This document shows positions 10,659-21,992 of a stretch of 64,000 bases of DNA, piece by piece; positions within the stretch are counted from its first letter, which is position 1, and each line of letters starts with the position of its first letter. The notes under the pieces are model-generated. The model did no database searches. It was not told the DNA's origin and worked only from the letters and a program-made list of their open reading frames with translations. Source of the stretch: an uncultured delta proteobacterium (lineage in GTDB: Bacteria; Myxococcota; Myxococcia; SLRQ01); NCBI GenBank assembly GCA_963727485.1, contig CAVSGM010000001.1:864001-928000 (forward strand), in the 5' to 3' direction. The translations under genes and the position numbers were made by a program.

Positions 10659-10742
10659 GGTCCAGGGCCGCCGTCCCCTCGGGGAACGGCCCCCGGGGCG
10701 CGGCGCCCGCGCCCGGCCCGCGTGGTGGGCAGAGTGGTGGGC

Positions 10743-12358
10743 TCAGAGGACGTCGACGTCCACGCCCAGGCGGGCCAGCCCCTTGCGCAGCTCGCCCTTG
10801 TCCACGGCCTTGGCCAGCGCCTCCGCCGGCTCCACCAGCTCCTTCTCCACCAGCTCCAGGAGGGACTGGTTGAGGGTGCGCATCCCCAGGCCCCGGCCGG
10901 TCTGCATGATCGACGGGATCTGGAAGGTCTTCCCCTCGCGGATGAGGTTGGCGGTGGAGTGGGTGACCAGCAGGATCTCGTAGGCCGCGACCCGGCCGCC
11001 GCCCTTCTTCTTGCAGAGGGTCTGGGCCACCACCGCCTTGAGGCTCTCGGAGAGCATGGTGCGGATCTGCGCCTGCCGGTCGGAGGGGAACTGGTCGATG
11101 ATCCGGTCGACGGTGGAGGGCGCGGTGTTGGTGTGGAGGGTGCCGAAGACCAGGTGGCCGGTCTCGGCGGTCTCGATGGCGATGGCCACCGTCTCCAGGT
11201 CGCGCATCTCGCCCACCAGGATGATGTCCGGATCCTCGCGCAGGGCGGCGCGCAGGGCGCTCTTGAAGCCCCGGGTGTGGGGGCCAATCTCGCGCTGGTT
11301 CACCAGGCAGCGCTTGTTGTCGTGGACGAACTCCACCGGGTCCTCGATGGTGATCAGATGCCCGGGTCGGTGGGCGTTGAGGTGGTCGACCATCGCCGCC
11401 AGGCTCGTGGACTTCCCGGAGCCGGTGGGGCCGGTGACCACCACCAGGCCCTTCTCGAGGAAGCACAGCTCCAGGACCGCCTCGGGGAGCCCCAGGTCCT
11501 CGGCGGTGAGGATCTTGGTGGGGATGAGGCGGAACACACCACCGGGCCCCTTGCGGTCCAGGAAGAGGTTGCAGCGGAACCGGGCCTCGCCGGGGATCTC
11601 GTAGGCGAAGTCGGTGTCGTGCTCCGCCTCGAACTGCTCCCGGTTGACCTCGGGGGTGATCTCCATGAGCAGCTCGCGGACCTCCTCGGGCGAGAGGGGC
11701 GGCGCCTTGGCCAGGGGGACGATGTCTCCGTCCTTGCGGAAGAGGGGCGGGTTGCCGCTGCACAGGTGGAGGTCCGAGCACCCGAGCTCGAATCATGATC
11801 TGGAAGTAGGACTCGATGGCCGGCGCCCCCTCGCGGGCGGCGTGGGGCCGGGCCCCCGGGTCGTAGGGCAGGAAGGAGACTCCGTCGACCGGCGAGGCCG
11901 GGGGCGCCGGGGTGTCGCCGGCGGGGGCCTCGGCGGGCTCCGGGGACGGTCGGGCGTCCTCGCCCCAGGCGCCCTCGGCGGGGTCGGCGGCGTCCGCGGC
12001 GGGCTGGGGCTCGGGCTGGGGCTCGGGCTCGGGGGCCTTCCGACGCTGGGGCCGCTGGCCGTAGGCCACCACCGAGAACGAGAGGCTGCCGCTGTCCCGG
12101 CGCACCCGGATGGTCACCGGCCCGGCCGGGGCCAGGTAGGGGAACTCGTGGTTGCCGGTGCTGCCAATCCGCGGCGCCATGTCCTGGGGCACGATCTCCT
12201 GGAGCACCCCCTCGAGGAGGGCGGGCACCGCGGGCTGGGCGCTCACCGTCCGGACCTCGTCGCCGGTGACCAGGGCGACCTTCTCGCCGGTGACGAACTC
12301 CAGGCGGTCCGCCTTGAACTGGAAGAGGGCTTGGACGAACTTGTCGAATCCGCGGCAC
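10743..12358 (-). CDS. pilT: Type IV pilus retraction ATPase PilT with extra N-terminal domain; frameshifts near 12348 and 11792
   Basis: SDLHL, GPTGSGKSTSLAAM, ITIEDPVE, LREDPDIILVGEMRD, TLHTN and ANLIRE. Confidence 0.88.
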
Positions 12359-12368
12359 GCGTCGTTCC

Positions 12369-12863
12369 TCACTGGTTCCCGGGCATCCGGAACCACCGGA
12401 CCCGGGACTTGTTCACCAGGTGACAGGTCTCCCCCTCGCGGACCACCACGAAGGGGGCGGGGTCGTTGAGGAGGTCGACGAGACGCTCGTGGCCCGAGGC
12501 CAGGAGCCAGACGACCGTGCCCTCCACCCGGGTGTCGTCCTCGAGGAGGGCCTCGACCTCGGCCACGTGGGCGTCGGAGGCGGCGAGGTCCTCGGCGTCG
12601 AGGGCGTCCTCGCCGAGCTCGAGGTCCGCGGCCACCGAGATGACGCACACCGCGTCCCGGTGCACCAGGAGCACCTCGCCGAAGCCGCTGGCCACCGCGA
12701 AGAAGGGTTCGGCGCCGTTGAGGACATCGCTGGGACGCTCGGGGCCGTCGTGGCCCCGGGCCCGGTCGGCGAGGAAGAGCTCCACCGCCCGGGGGGTGGC
12801 GCCGGTGACCGCCAGGCGGGCGGCGACCCGGCGTTTGGGGATGCGGTAGGGATCCTCGGGCAC
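12369..12863 (-). CDS. Conserved hypothetical protein with two similar halves
   Basis: Typical codon usage. RPSDVLNGAEPF and RLVDLLNDPAPF repeated motif. Directly upstream of pilT. Confidence 0.65.
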   Translation of the reverse strand: MPEDPYRIPKRRVAARLAVTGATPRAVELFLADRARGHDGPERPSDVLNGAEPFFAVASGFGEVLLVHRDAVCVISVAADLELGEDALDAEDLAASDAHVAEVEALLEDDTRVEGTVVWLLASGHERLVDLLNDPAPFVVVREGETCHLVNKSRVRWFRMPGNQ

Positions 12864-12925
12864 GTTCGTCCAGAGGTAGCAGGGGGGGGCCCGCCGCCGC
12901 AATGCCCCGCCCCGGGGACGGGCCG

Positions 12926-13624
12926 CTACTGGGCGAGGCGGTAGCCCACGCCGCGGACGGTGACCAGGTGCTGGGGGCTCGAGGGGTCGGCCTCGAGCTT
13001 GGCTCGGAGCTGGGCGATGAAGTTGTCGATGGTCCGGAGGGTGCCGTGGTGGTTCGGACCCCACACCGCCTGGAAGATCTCCTCGCGGGTCACCGCCTCG
13101 CCCGACCGCTCGGCCAGGGCGGTGAGGACGTCGAACTCGGTGCTGGTGAGCTCCACCGCCTCGTCGCCGCGGTGGACCTCCCGGGCCTGGGGGTTCACCG
13201 TGACCTCCCCGAAGTGCCACACCGGCGCCGGCCGGGGGCCCGCCCGGCGGAGCACCGCGCGGATCCGGGCGAGGAGCTCGGCGAGGCTGAAGGGCTTGGT
13301 GACGTAGTCCTCGCTCCCGAGCTCGAGGCCCGTGACCTTGTCCATCTCCGAGGTCCGGGCGGAGAGGACGATGACCGGCGTGGTGTTCCCCTCGCCGCGG
13401 AGGGTGCGCAGGACCTCGAAGCCGTGGAGCTTGGGGAGCATGATGTCGAGGATCACCAGGTCGGCGCCCTCCCGGGCGAGCTGGAGGCCGGTGACCCCGT
13501 CCTCGGCGGTGGTCACCCGGTAGCCCTCGGTCTCGAGGTTCATCCGCAGGCCCATGGCGATCGAGGGGTCGTCCTCGATGACCAGGATGCGGGCCTTGGG
13601 GCGCGCGTCGTTGGGGGTGCTCAT
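12926..13624 (-). CDS. OmpR-family response regulator
   Basis: ILVIEDD, LDIMLP, DYVTKPF and TVRGVGYR. Confidence 0.93.
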   Translation of the reverse strand: MSTPNDARPKARILVIEDDPSIAMGLRMNLETEGYRVTTAEDGVTGLQLAREGADLVILDIMLPKLHGFEVLRTLRGEGNTTPVIVLSARTSEMDKVTGLELGSEDYVTKPFSLAELLARIRAVLRRAGPRPAPVWHFGEVTVNPQAREVHRGDEAVELTSTEFDVLTALAERSGEAVTREEIFQAVWGPNHHGTLRTIDNFIAQLRAKLEADPSSPQHLVTVRGVGYRLAQ

Positions 13625-14577
13625 GGGCTCTGCGCCTCCCGGGCGATGGGCAGGACGAGGGTGAAGGTGCTCCCCGCGCCGGGGCTGGAGTCGACCTCGA
13701 CCTTGCCGCCGTGGGCCCGCGCCACGTGGCGGACGATGGCGAGGCCGAGACCCGAGCCCTCGGCGACCCGGGAGAGCCGCTCGTCGACCCGGTAGAACTT
13801 CTGGAAGATGCGCCGGTGCTCGGTCGGGGGGATGCCGATGCCCCGGTCGCGCACCGCGAGGTGGATGGCGTGCCGGTCGGCGTCGGCGGAGAGGGTGATG
13901 TCCGGGGCGCCCTCGGAGTACTTCAGGGCGTTGGACAGGAGGTTCACCAGGGCGTCGACCAGCGCCCCCCGGTCGGCCATCACCGGCGGCAGGGCCTCCT
14001 GGACCTCGACCTTCACCGGGATCTCGCGGCCCACGGTGACGATGCGGAAGGCGGCCAGGGCCGCGTCGACGATCTCGGGCACGGTGTCGGGGCGCAGCTC
14101 GTAGACCCGCTTGCCCGCCTCCATGCGGCCCCAGTCGAGGAGGCGCTCGATGCGCTCGGTGAGGCGGCCGGTCTCCCGGGCCAGGGCGTCGGTGAGGCCG
14201 GCGAGCTCCTCGGGCGGCACCCGGCCGAGCTGGAGGGTCTCGACGAACATCCGGATGCTGGTCAGGGGGGTGCGCAGCTCGTGGCTGACCTTGGAGACGA
14301 AGTCGCTCTGGAGCTGGGAGAGCTGGGCCTCCTTGCGGAGGAAGACCAGGGCGAGGATGGTGCCGGTGGCCAGCGAGGCGACGATGGCCACCACCAGGAC
14401 CCCGAACACCAGGTCCAGGCTCCCCCGGTAGAAGACCAGCATCAGGATCCCCACCGCCAGGAGCAGCACCGTGGGCACGGTCACCAGGGAGACCAGGAGG
14501 ACCACGATGCGGCGAAAGCCGCGGGTGTGTCCGTCGGACTCGGAGAGGAGGGTGCCGCGGGTGGGCGGGGTCGCCAT
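13621..14577 (-). CDS. Membrane sensor histidine kinase (2 TM, no extracellular domain)
   Basis: VSHELRTPLTSI, NLLSNALKYS, DRGIGI, FYRV and GSGLGL. Confidence 0.93.
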   Translation of the reverse strand: MATPPTRGTLLSESDGHTRGFRRIVVLLVSLVTVPTVLLLAVGILMLVFYRGSLDLVFGVLVVAIVASLATGTILALVFLRKEAQLSQLQSDFVSKVSHELRTPLTSIRMFVETLQLGRVPPEELAGLTDALARETGRLTERIERLLDWGRMEAGKRVYELRPDTVPEIVDAALAAFRIVTVGREIPVKVEVQEALPPVMADRGALVDALVNLLSNALKYSEGAPDITLSADADRHAIHLAVRDRGIGIPPTEHRRIFQKFYRVDERLSRVAEGSGLGLAIVRHVARAHGGKVEVDSSPGAGSTFTLVLPIAREAQSP

Positions 14578-14666
14578 GGCGGGGGGATGGAAGCACGGGC
14601 GGCACGGCGCGGCAACTCCCGGCGCCGGCGCTCGCCGGAGCCGGCGGGCTCTGGCATAACCAGCCC

Positions 14667-16109
14667 ATGGCCTCCACCCGAGCCCGCGGTCTGTTCTGCA
14701 ACCGCACCCTCAACCTCCGGGCGATCCGCGCGGTGGGCTACGACATGGACTACACGCTGGTCCACTACCACATCGACGCCTGGGAGCGCCGGGCCTACGC
14801 CTATCTCCGCGAGGGCCTCGCCGAGCGCGGCTTCCCGGTGTCGGACCTGGAGCTGGTGCCGGGGCTGGTGACCCGGGGCCTCATCCTCGACACCGAGCTG
14901 GGGAACGTGGTCAAGGCCAACCGGTTCGGCTACGTGAAGCGCGCCTTCCACGGGACCCGGCTGATGCCCTTCGAGGACCAGCGCGCCGCCTACGCCCGGA
15001 CCCTGGTCGACCTCCGGGAGGATCGCTGGGTGTTCCTCAACACCTTCTTCTCCATCTCCGAGGCCTGCATGTACATGCAGCTGGTCGACCTCGCCGACGC
15101 CGGGGCGCTCGGACGGGTGCTGGGCTACGCCGAGCTCCACGGGAAGGTTCGCGCCGGCCTCGACGCCGCCCACGCCGAGGGGCGCCTCAAGGCGGAGATC
15201 GTCGCCGACCCCGGGCGCTTCGTGGCCCGCGATCCCGAGATGCCCCTGACCCTCCTCGACCAGAAGGAGGCGGGCAAGCAGGTCCTGCTGATCACCAACT
15301 CCGAGTGGGACTACGCGGCGCCGATCCTCGCCTACGCCTTCGATGGCTTCCTCCCCGGGGGGAAGGGCTGGCGGGACGTGTTCGACGTGGCCATCGTCGG
15401 TGCCCGGAAGCCCGACTTCTTCTCGGGCCTGGCCCCGGCCTTCGAGGTGGTCAGCGACGACGGCCTGCTCCGGGAGCACCGGGGCGCGCTGACGCCCGGG
15501 GTCTACGTCGGGGGCAACGCCGGCCTGGTGGAGTCGTCGCTGGGGCTCGCCGGCGAGGAGATCCTCTACGTCGGCGACCACGTGTTCACCGACGTCCACG
15601 TGAGCAAGAACGTCAACCGCTGGCGCACCGCCCTGGTGATCCGCGAGCTCGAGGCCGAGATCGCCGCCCTCGAGGCCTTCGCCCCGCAGCAGGCGCGCCT
15701 GGTGTCGCTGATGGCCGAGAAGACCGGGCTGGAGGCCGAGCACGACGCCGCGCGCCTGACGCTTCAGCGCGTCCGCCGGGGCTACGGGCCGGCGTCCACG
15801 GTCTCGGCCGGCGAGCTCGACGCCACCCTCGCCGGGCTCCGGGGGCGCATCCTCGAGCTCGACGCCCGGATCGCGCCCCTGGCCCGGTCCTCGGCGGAGC
15901 TCCTCGAGCCCCACTGGGGTCTGCTGATGCGCGCCGGCAACGACAAGAGCCACTTCGCCCGGCAGGTGGAGCGCTACGCCGACATCTACACCTCCCGGGT
16001 GTCGAACCTCCTGGCCGCGACCCCCTTTGCCTACCTGCGCTCACCCCGGGGCAGCCTTCCCCACGACGATGGGTGGGAACCGGTGGCGCCGGACGACCCG
16101 GTGCGCTAG
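14667..16109 (+). CDS. HAD-IG family 5'-nucleotidase
   Basis: [25 protein letters not shown] and RYADIYTS. Confidence 0.92.
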   Translation: MASTRARGLFCNRTLNLRAIRAVGYDMDYTLVHYHIDAWERRAYAYLREGLAERGFPVSDLELVPGLVTRGLILDTELGNVVKANRFGYVKRAFHGTRLMPFEDQRAAYARTLVDLREDRWVFLNTFFSISEACMYMQLVDLADAGALGRVLGYAELHGKVRAGLDAAHAEGRLKAEIVADPGRFVARDPEMPLTLLDQKEAGKQVLLITNSEWDYAAPILAYAFDGFLPGGKGWRDVFDVAIVGARKPDFFSGLAPAFEVVSDDGLLREHRGALTPGVYVGGNAGLVESSLGLAGEEILYVGDHVFTDVHVSKNVNRWRTALVIRELEAEIAALEAFAPQQARLVSLMAEKTGLEAEHDAARLTLQRVRRGYGPASTVSAGELDATLAGLRGRILELDARIAPLARSSAELLEPHWGLLMRAGNDKSHFARQVERYADIYTSRVSNLLAATPFAYLRSPRGSLPHDDGWEPVAPDDPVR

Positions 16110-16190
16110 CCTTTTTCGGTCGAGAGTCGGCGGTGACCGCGGGGCGCAGGGTGCGTCCCGGGGGAGCCGCCCTTCGGAGCCATCGGACAC

Positions 16191-16806
16191 ATGGGAACGA
16201 AGCTTTACGTCGGAAACCTGTCCTACGGGACCACCGACGAGACCCTAGGGAGCTGTTCGGCGCAGACGGGCGCACGGTCAAGGACGTCGCCATCATCCTC
16301 GATTGCGAGACACGGCGTCCCCGTGGCTTCGCCTTCGTGGAGATGGCCTCCGACGAGGACGCCAAGGCGGCGGCCGCGGCCCTCGACGGCCGCGAGGTCG
16401 ATGGCCGGGCGCTCCGGGTCAACGAGGCCCGGGAGCGTGAGTCCCGGCCGGGCGGCGGCGGCGGACGCGGTGGCTACGGCGGCGGCGGTGGCGGCCGCGG
16501 CGGCTACGGTGGGGGCGGTGGCGGTCGCGGCGGCTACGGCGGTGGCGGCGGCGGTGGCGGCCGGGGCGGCTACGGCGGCGGCGGTGGCGATGCGGTGGCT
16601 ACGGCGGTGGCGGTGGCGATCGCGGTGGCTACGGCGGCGGTGGCCGCGGCGGCTACGGTGGTGGCGGTGGCTTCGACGGCCCGCCCTTGCCCGACGACGG
16701 GTCCGGGGACCGGGGTCGCCGCGATGATCGCGCCCGGCGCCGGGAGCGCAGCCGCAAGCGTCGGGACTCGGGCCACGGCGGCGGCTTCGATCCCTACGAC
16801 GACTAG
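16191..16806 (+). CDS. RRM RNA-binding protein with RGG/GGY tail; frameshifted near 16247 and 16590
   Basis: RNP2 [12 protein letters not shown]1 [18 protein letters not shown] and GGRGGYGG repeats. Confidence 0.85.
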
Positions 16807-16887
16807 GCGCGGGGCGCCGACCGATGCGCCCTGGCCCTCGCATGGCCGACGCGGCCTCCGCCTCGGCCCGGCTACCCGTCCGGGGTG

Positions 16888-18483
16888 CTAGGCCGCGTCG
16901 GGCATCTCCACCGCAGCCTCGCCGGCGTCCGATCGGGCGCCGCCGCGGCGCTTCATGTGCGCCTCGCTCCGGAGCATGAGCGAGAGCGGGATCCCGGTGC
17001 CCAGGAGGATCAGGCCGCCGAGGACGAAGCCGTTGTCGAAGGCCAGCACCTGGGCGTGGGCCATGGCGGTCTGGAGGAGCGCCAGCATCCCCTTGCCCGC
17101 GGCCCCCGGAGGGAGCCCGGGGATCGCCGGCATCGGCACGTTCGCCACGTGGTCGGCGAGGCGGGCGAAGGCCTTGCTCGCCAGCGGCATCTGGGCCCCG
17201 AGGCGCACCGCGTGGACGTGGGCCTCGTTGGTGACGATGGTGTTGAGCACCGCGATCCCCAGGGCGCCGCCCACCCGCGAGCCGACGTTGAGGAAGCTGG
17301 ACGCGGTGGCGATGGACTTGCGCGGCACCGAGTTGAGGGCCACGGCCATCATCGGTGCCATCATCAGGGCCATGCCCATGCCCCGGAGGACCTGGGGTCC
17401 GATGATCTCGAGGGCGCCCGAGAGCGGGTCGAGGTGCCCGTAGAGGATCATCGAGTACCCGGCGATGGCCGAGCCGATGGCCATCAGGTACTTGGGCTGC
17501 ACCTTGTCGGCGATGCGGCCGGCAAACGGCATGCAGATGCCCACGGTGATGGCCCCGGGGGCCATCCACAGGCCGGTCTGGATGGTGGTGTAGCCGACGA
17601 TGTTCTCCAGGAAGATCGGCAGGAGGAAGATCCCGCCGAAGAGCCCCAGCGACCGCACCACCATCAGGGTCATCGAGAGGGTGTAGTTGCGGCTCTTGAA
17701 GAGCTTCAAATCCAGGAGGGGGTGCTCGACGCTCATCTCCACGGCGAGGAAGAGGATGAAGCCCACCACCGAGAGCACCATGCACACCACGACATAGGTG
17801 CTGTCCCAGCCCTTCTCCTGGCCGTTGGTGGCTCCGAGGAGGACGGCGATGAGGAACATGGTGAGGAAGCCGAAGCCGACGCCGTCGAAGGTCGGCCGGT
17901 TCTCCCGGTCGAGGGCGTTGGTCTTCATCACGATCAGGGCCAGGACCACGGCGACGGCGCCCACCGGGAGGTTCACCGCGAAGATGGCGCGCCAGGAGAA
18001 CCACTGGGTGAGGTAGCCGCCGAGGGTGGGGCCGATGGCGGGGCCGATGACGATGCCCATGCCCCACACGCCCATGGCCTTGCCGCGCTCCTCGGGCTCG
18101 AAGAGGTCGCCGATCATCGCCATGCCCAGCGGCTGGATCCCGCCGCCGCCGACGGCCTGGAGCACCCGGGCGAAGATCAGCGCGTCGTAGCTCCACGCGA
18201 CGGCGCAGAGCGCCGAGCCCACGGTGAACAGGAAGAGGCTGAGGATGAAGTAGGACTTGTAGGAGACCCGGGTGACGATCCAGCCGACCAGCGGCATCGC
18301 CACCGCGGTGGCGAGCATGAACGCGTTCGAGACCCACTCGATCTGGTCACGGTTCACCCCGAAGGCGCTCATCATGTGGGGCAGGGCCACATTGACGATG
18401 CTCGAGTCGAGGATCACCATCAGGGTCCCGAGCGCGGAGAGCGCCAGGACCCACCAGCGATAGCTGGGGTTCTCGGGGTTCAT
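16888..18483 (-). CDS. DHA2-family MFS efflux transporter (EmrB-like)
   Basis: [33 protein letters not shown] and PLLDLKLF. Confidence 0.92.
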   Translation of the reverse strand: MNPENPSYRWWVLALSALGTLMVILDSSIVNVALPHMMSAFGVNRDQIEWVSNAFMLATAVAMPLVGWIVTRVSYKSYFILSLFLFTVGSALCAVAWSYDALIFARVLQAVGGGGIQPLGMAMIGDLFEPEERGKAMGVWGMGIVIGPAIGPTLGGYLTQWFSWRAIFAVNLPVGAVAVVLALIVMKTNALDRENRPTFDGVGFGFLTMFLIAVLLGATNGQEKGWDSTYVVVCMVLSVVGFILFLAVEMSVEHPLLDLKLFKSRNYTLSMTLMVVRSLGLFGGIFLLPIFLENIVGYTTIQTGLWMAPGAITVGICMPFAGRIADKVQPKYLMAIGSAIAGYSMILYGHLDPLSGALEIIGPQVLRGMGMALMMAPMMAVALNSVPRKSIATASSFLNVGSRVGGALGIAVLNTIVTNEAHVHAVRLGAQMPLASKAFARLADHVANVPMPAIPGLPPGAAGKGMLALLQTAMAHAQVLAFDNGFVLGGLILLGTGIPLSLMLRSEAHMKRRGGARSDAGEAAVEMPDAA

Positions 18484-18486
18484 CGG

Positions 18487-19575
18487 CTAGCGCTCGGCGA
18501 CGGCGTGGTCGTGACCGGCGTGGATGCGGATCTCCACCGAGAGCCCCGGGAGGAGGGCGTCGGCGGTGGGCAGCTGTCCCTCGACGTGGATGCGCACCGG
18601 GACCCGCTGGGTCACCTTGATGAAGGTGCCCGACACCCCCTGCGAGGGGATGGCGCTGAACTGGCTCTGGGTGGCCTTGACCACCGTGGCCACCCGGCCC
18701 TTCAGGTGGAGGCCGGGGTAGGCGTCGACGGCGATGTCCACCCGGTCCCCGACCTTCACCTGGGAGAGGTTGGTCTCCTCGACGTTGGCGTCGACCCGCA
18801 GGGTCTTGGGGTCGAAGAGGGTGATGACCGGGCCGCCGGGGTTGGCCATGTCGCCGGGGTCGCGCCAGCGCCTGACCACCACCCCGGCGAAGGGCGCGTG
18901 GACCACCGCGTCGGAGAGCGCGATCTTCGCCTTGTCCAGGGCGTCCTGGCTCACCTGCACGTGGGCCTCGGCGCTCTGGACCGCGGCGGCGGCGGCAGCC
19001 CTGTCCTCGGCGCGGGTGCCCTGGCGCAGGAGGGTGAGCTGGTGGCCCGCGGCCTCGTGGGCCTGGTTGGCGATCTCCACCTGGGCCGCGGCCTTGTCCA
19101 CCATCTGCTGGGACGCCGACCCCGAGGCCCGAAGCTGCTTGACGCGCTTGAGGCTGATCTCGGCGAGCTTCGCCTGGGCCTCGAGGCGCGCGGCGTTGGC
19201 GGCGGCCACCTGGATTTGCTGGGCCCGGGGGCCCCGCTGGGCCTTCTGGGACTGGGCCTGGGCGGCGGCGAGCTGCGCCTTCGCGAGGTTCAGGGCGGCC
19301 TCGGCCTGGGCGACGCTGGCCTTGAGCTGGCGCTCGTCGAGGTGGAAGAGGGTGTCGCCGGCCTTCACGTGGTCGCCGACGTCGACCTTCACCGCGGTGA
19401 GGCGGCCACCGATCTCCGGCGCGACGTCGATGAGATCGCCGGCGACCCGGGCGTCGTCGGTGGAGACGATGCCGCGCATGTCGAAGTACCAGTAGCCCAC
19501 TGCCGCGAGGGCCAGGACCACCAGGACCAGGGTGCCGATGATGAGTGGACGGGAGCTGCGAAGACGGGTGCTCAT
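18487..19575 (-). CDS. HlyD/EmrA-family membrane fusion protein
   Basis: VSTDDARV, lipoyl half-motifs, APFAGVV and FIKVTQRVPVRI. Confidence 0.92.
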   Translation of the reverse strand: MSTRLRSSRPLIIGTLVLVVLALAAVGYWYFDMRGIVSTDDARVAGDLIDVAPEIGGRLTAVKVDVGDHVKAGDTLFHLDERQLKASVAQAEAALNLAKAQLAAAQAQSQKAQRGPRAQQIQVAAANAARLEAQAKLAEISLKRVKQLRASGSASQQMVDKAAAQVEIANQAHEAAGHQLTLLRQGTRAEDRAAAAAAVQSAEAHVQVSQDALDKAKIALSDAVVHAPFAGVVVRRWRDPGDMANPGGPVITLFDPKTLRVDANVEETNLSQVKVGDRVDIAVDAYPGLHLKGRVATVVKATQSQFSAIPSQGVSGTFIKVTQRVPVRIHVEGQLPTADALLPGLSVEIRIHAGHDHAVAER

Positions 19576-20219
19576 GGCTGGGTATCCCGAGGAGCTGTGA
19601 GGGGGGGGCGGGTGTCGCCGGCGTCGAGGCCGCGGAGGAACACGTCGACGAGGAGCGCGAGGTCCGCGTCGACGTCCGACCGCTCGCCCTCGGCGAGGCG
19701 TCGGATCACCACCGAGAGGGAGGCGTCGATGATCATGGCCCCGACCTTGGCCGGGTCCACCGGGCGGAACTCGCCGCGCGCGACGCCCTGGGCGATGAGG
19801 TGCTCCATGCGGTCGACGAGGGCCCGGTAGCGGCTGCTCTTGTGGCGTTCCACCGGGTGGTGGGACTTGTGGCGTTCGAAGAGGAGGACCCGGAGGCTGT
19901 CGTGCTCCCGGTCGAAGAAGGTGAGGTAGCGCCGGAGGAGCTCGATGAGCTTGTCCCGGGGGCCGAGGTCCGACTCGAAGACGGTGGCGAGCTCGGTGCG
20001 CAACGGCTCGAGCTTGGCCTCGACCGCCGCCGCGATGAGGTCCTGCTTGTCCTGGAAGTAGCTGTAGAGGGTGCCCTTGGCGACCCCGGCCTCGGTGGCC
20101 ACCCGGTCCATGGTGAGGCGCTCGGCGCCCTCGTGGGTGAGGACGTGCACCACGGCGTCGACGATGGCGGTGCGCATCATCGATTCCCACTGTTCTTTCC
20201 GGCGGTTACGTTCGATCAT
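19572..20219 (-). CDS. TetR/AcrR family regulator
   Basis: TMDRVATEAGVAKGTLYSYFQDK helix-turn-helix. Confidence 0.92.
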   Translation of the reverse strand: MIERNRRKEQWESMMRTAIVDAVVHVLTHEGAERLTMDRVATEAGVAKGTLYSYFQDKQDLIAAAVEAKLEPLRTELATVFESDLGPRDKLIELLRRYLTFFDREHDSLRVLLFERHKSHHPVERHKSSRYRALVDRMEHLIAQGVARGEFRPVDPAKVGAMIIDASLSVVIRRLAEGERSDVDADLALLVDVFLRGLDAGDTRPPLTAPRDTQP

Positions 20220-20226
20220 GGCTGAT

Positions 20227-20260
20227 TGACCGGGTGGTCATTGGGTGAACCGTGCGGTCA
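20227..20260. promoter_or_regulatory. Putative TetR operator(s)
   Basis: TGACC-N4-GGTCA at 20227-20240 and a similar TGAACC...GGTCA at 20246-20260, immediately upstream of tetR. Confidence 0.55.
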
Positions 20261-20317
20261 CTATGGGCCCGAGCCCGACCCGGCGCAAGGGGTGCATCGG
20301 TGCCCCGGCCGCGGCGC

Positions 20318-21139
20318 CTACCGGCGGCCGGTGAACGCCGTGATCAGCCGCTCGGCGATGGACGGCTGGCCCAGGAAGGTGACCCGGGCGTTCCCGAAGA
20401 CCACCCGGAGACGGACCACCAGGCGCGGGGGGCCCGGGGGCGTCGGCGGGCGCCGGCCCGGGTCCGGGAGCCGGGCCTCGCCGAAGACCACCGAGGTCTC
20501 GATGCGGTGGGGGATGGCCGGGTCGAGGACGACCACCGCGTCGCCGAAGCGGACGTTCACCTGCACCACGTAGGGGTCGGGGCCGCCCTCGGGGACGTGG
20601 GTGAGGTCCACGGTGCTGCTCGCGAAGGTGACCTCGACCCGGTGATCCGCCGGGGCGCCCCCGTCCGGGGCGCGCGGGCCCTCGCCGGCGAGGCCCCGGA
20701 GGGCGCGGTAGAGGGCCCGGCCGCCCACGGCGAGGGCGCCGACGCCGGCGGCGGCGAGGAAGAGGAAGCCGTGGAACCCGAAGACCGCGTCCCCGGCGCC
20801 GGCCATGGCGACCAGGGTGGCGGCGACGGCGAGCTCGACCCCGAGGCCGGCGCCGCGGGGCTCGACCCCCTGCGGGGTCACCGGGGCCGGGGCCGCGGCG
20901 GGGGCGCCGGGCTCGGGTGGGGTCTCGGCGGGGGTCTCGGCGGCGGCCCGGGCCAGGGCCGACTCGGAGATGCCCACGTCGGCGGCGATCTCCCGGACCT
21001 CGTCCCAGGACAGGCGGTCGTGGTCGGCGGTGGCCGCAGGCGCCCGGGCGCCCTCGGCGCTGGCCCGGCGGATGAGCCGGCCCACCTCCTCGACGGAGTA
21101 GGTGCGCCCGTCGGGGGGCTGGGGACGGTCACCGGCCAC
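20318..21139 (-). CDS. Hypothetical membrane protein with LiaF-like C-terminal beta domain
   Basis: EVREIAADVGIS N-terminal motif, 2 TM segments, and FASSTVDLT...VVFG beta repeats. Confidence 0.55.
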   Translation of the reverse strand: MAGDRPQPPDGRTYSVEEVGRLIRRASAEGARAPAATADHDRLSWDEVREIAADVGISESALARAAAETPAETPPEPGAPAAAPAPVTPQGVEPRGAGLGVELAVAATLVAMAGAGDAVFGFHGFLFLAAAGVGALAVGGRALYRALRGLAGEGPRAPDGGAPADHRVEVTFASSTVDLTHVPEGGPDPYVVQVNVRFGDAVVVLDPAIPHRIETSVVFGEARLPDPGRRPPTPPGPPRLVVRLRVVFGNARVTFLGQPSIAERLITAFTGRR

Positions 21140-21196
21140 GGAGCGCAGGATAGAGCACCCGGCGCCGGCTCGCCATGGACGGCACCCCCTCCACGG

Positions 21197-21793
21197 TCAC
21201 CCCGCCGGCGCCCCCAGCTCGTCCCGGGGTGTCACCGGCAACGGTTGCTCCCGCTCCACCGAGACCTCCCGGATCTCGGCCTGGCCGAAGACCACGTTCA
21301 TCTTGAGCAGCAGGTGGGGGGGGCCGCCGGAGCGGTAGTGGGCCGAGCCGAAGAAGGTCGCGTCCCGGCTGGGCAGCCGCGCCTCCCCGAAGGCCGCCGA
21401 GGCGTCCACCTCGTAGGGCACCGCCGGGTCCACCCGGATCACGGTCTGGCCGAAGACCGTGTCCACCTCCACCCGCCGGGGCGGGCCCTCCGCGGGGAGC
21501 CCGGTGAGGTCCACGGTCCCGGTCCCCAGGGTCACCGAGTACTTGAGGTCGCCGAGGCCGGTGGCGCCGGTCGGGGCGAAGGTGCGCCCCTCCATGAGCG
21601 CCGCCGACTCGGGCGCGTGGACCCGGGAGGGGGACCAGGCGTCGAAGACGAGCTTCGCGCCGAAGAAGACCAGGGCCAGCCCCAGGGCGGTGCGGAAGAG
21701 CGGGACCTCGATCTGGAAGACCGCCCGGAGGACGATGGAGACGCCCAGGAGCACCACCAGGAGCCCGACGATGAGACCGAAGCCGAGCCGCAT
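21197..21793 (-). CDS. LiaF-like membrane protein
   Basis: 2 TM segments followed by GTGTVDLT, VDTVFG and NVVFG. Paralogous to the adjacent gene. Confidence 0.6.
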   Translation of the reverse strand: MRLGFGLIVGLLVVLLGVSIVLRAVFQIEVPLFRTALGLALVFFGAKLVFDAWSPSRVHAPESAALMEGRTFAPTGATGLGDLKYSVTLGTGTVDLTGLPAEGPPRRVEVDTVFGQTVIRVDPAVPYEVDASAAFGEARLPSRDATFFGSAHYRSGGPPHLLLKMNVVFGQAEIREVSVEREQPLPVTPRDELGAPAG

Positions 21794-21992
21794 CGGAACA
21801 CCTCCTGCTCGAGACACCGGAGAGGCGTGCATCGCCCACGCCAGCGTCGGAACCCAGGGGGAACGCGGTCTTCGGGGGCCGGGGCCGGCATCCCCTGCAC
21901 CGCGGCCGCAGGCTGTGCGACGGCGGGAAGGTCCCGGTGCGGGGGCGCCCCCTGGGCGGGCACCCGCACCCGGGGTCTGCTAGAAGGATCCG

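Noticed and set aside
21845..21950. Possible cobalamin riboswitch (GGGAA...GGGAAGG)
   Set aside because: Lacks the GCCACTG and other core elements.
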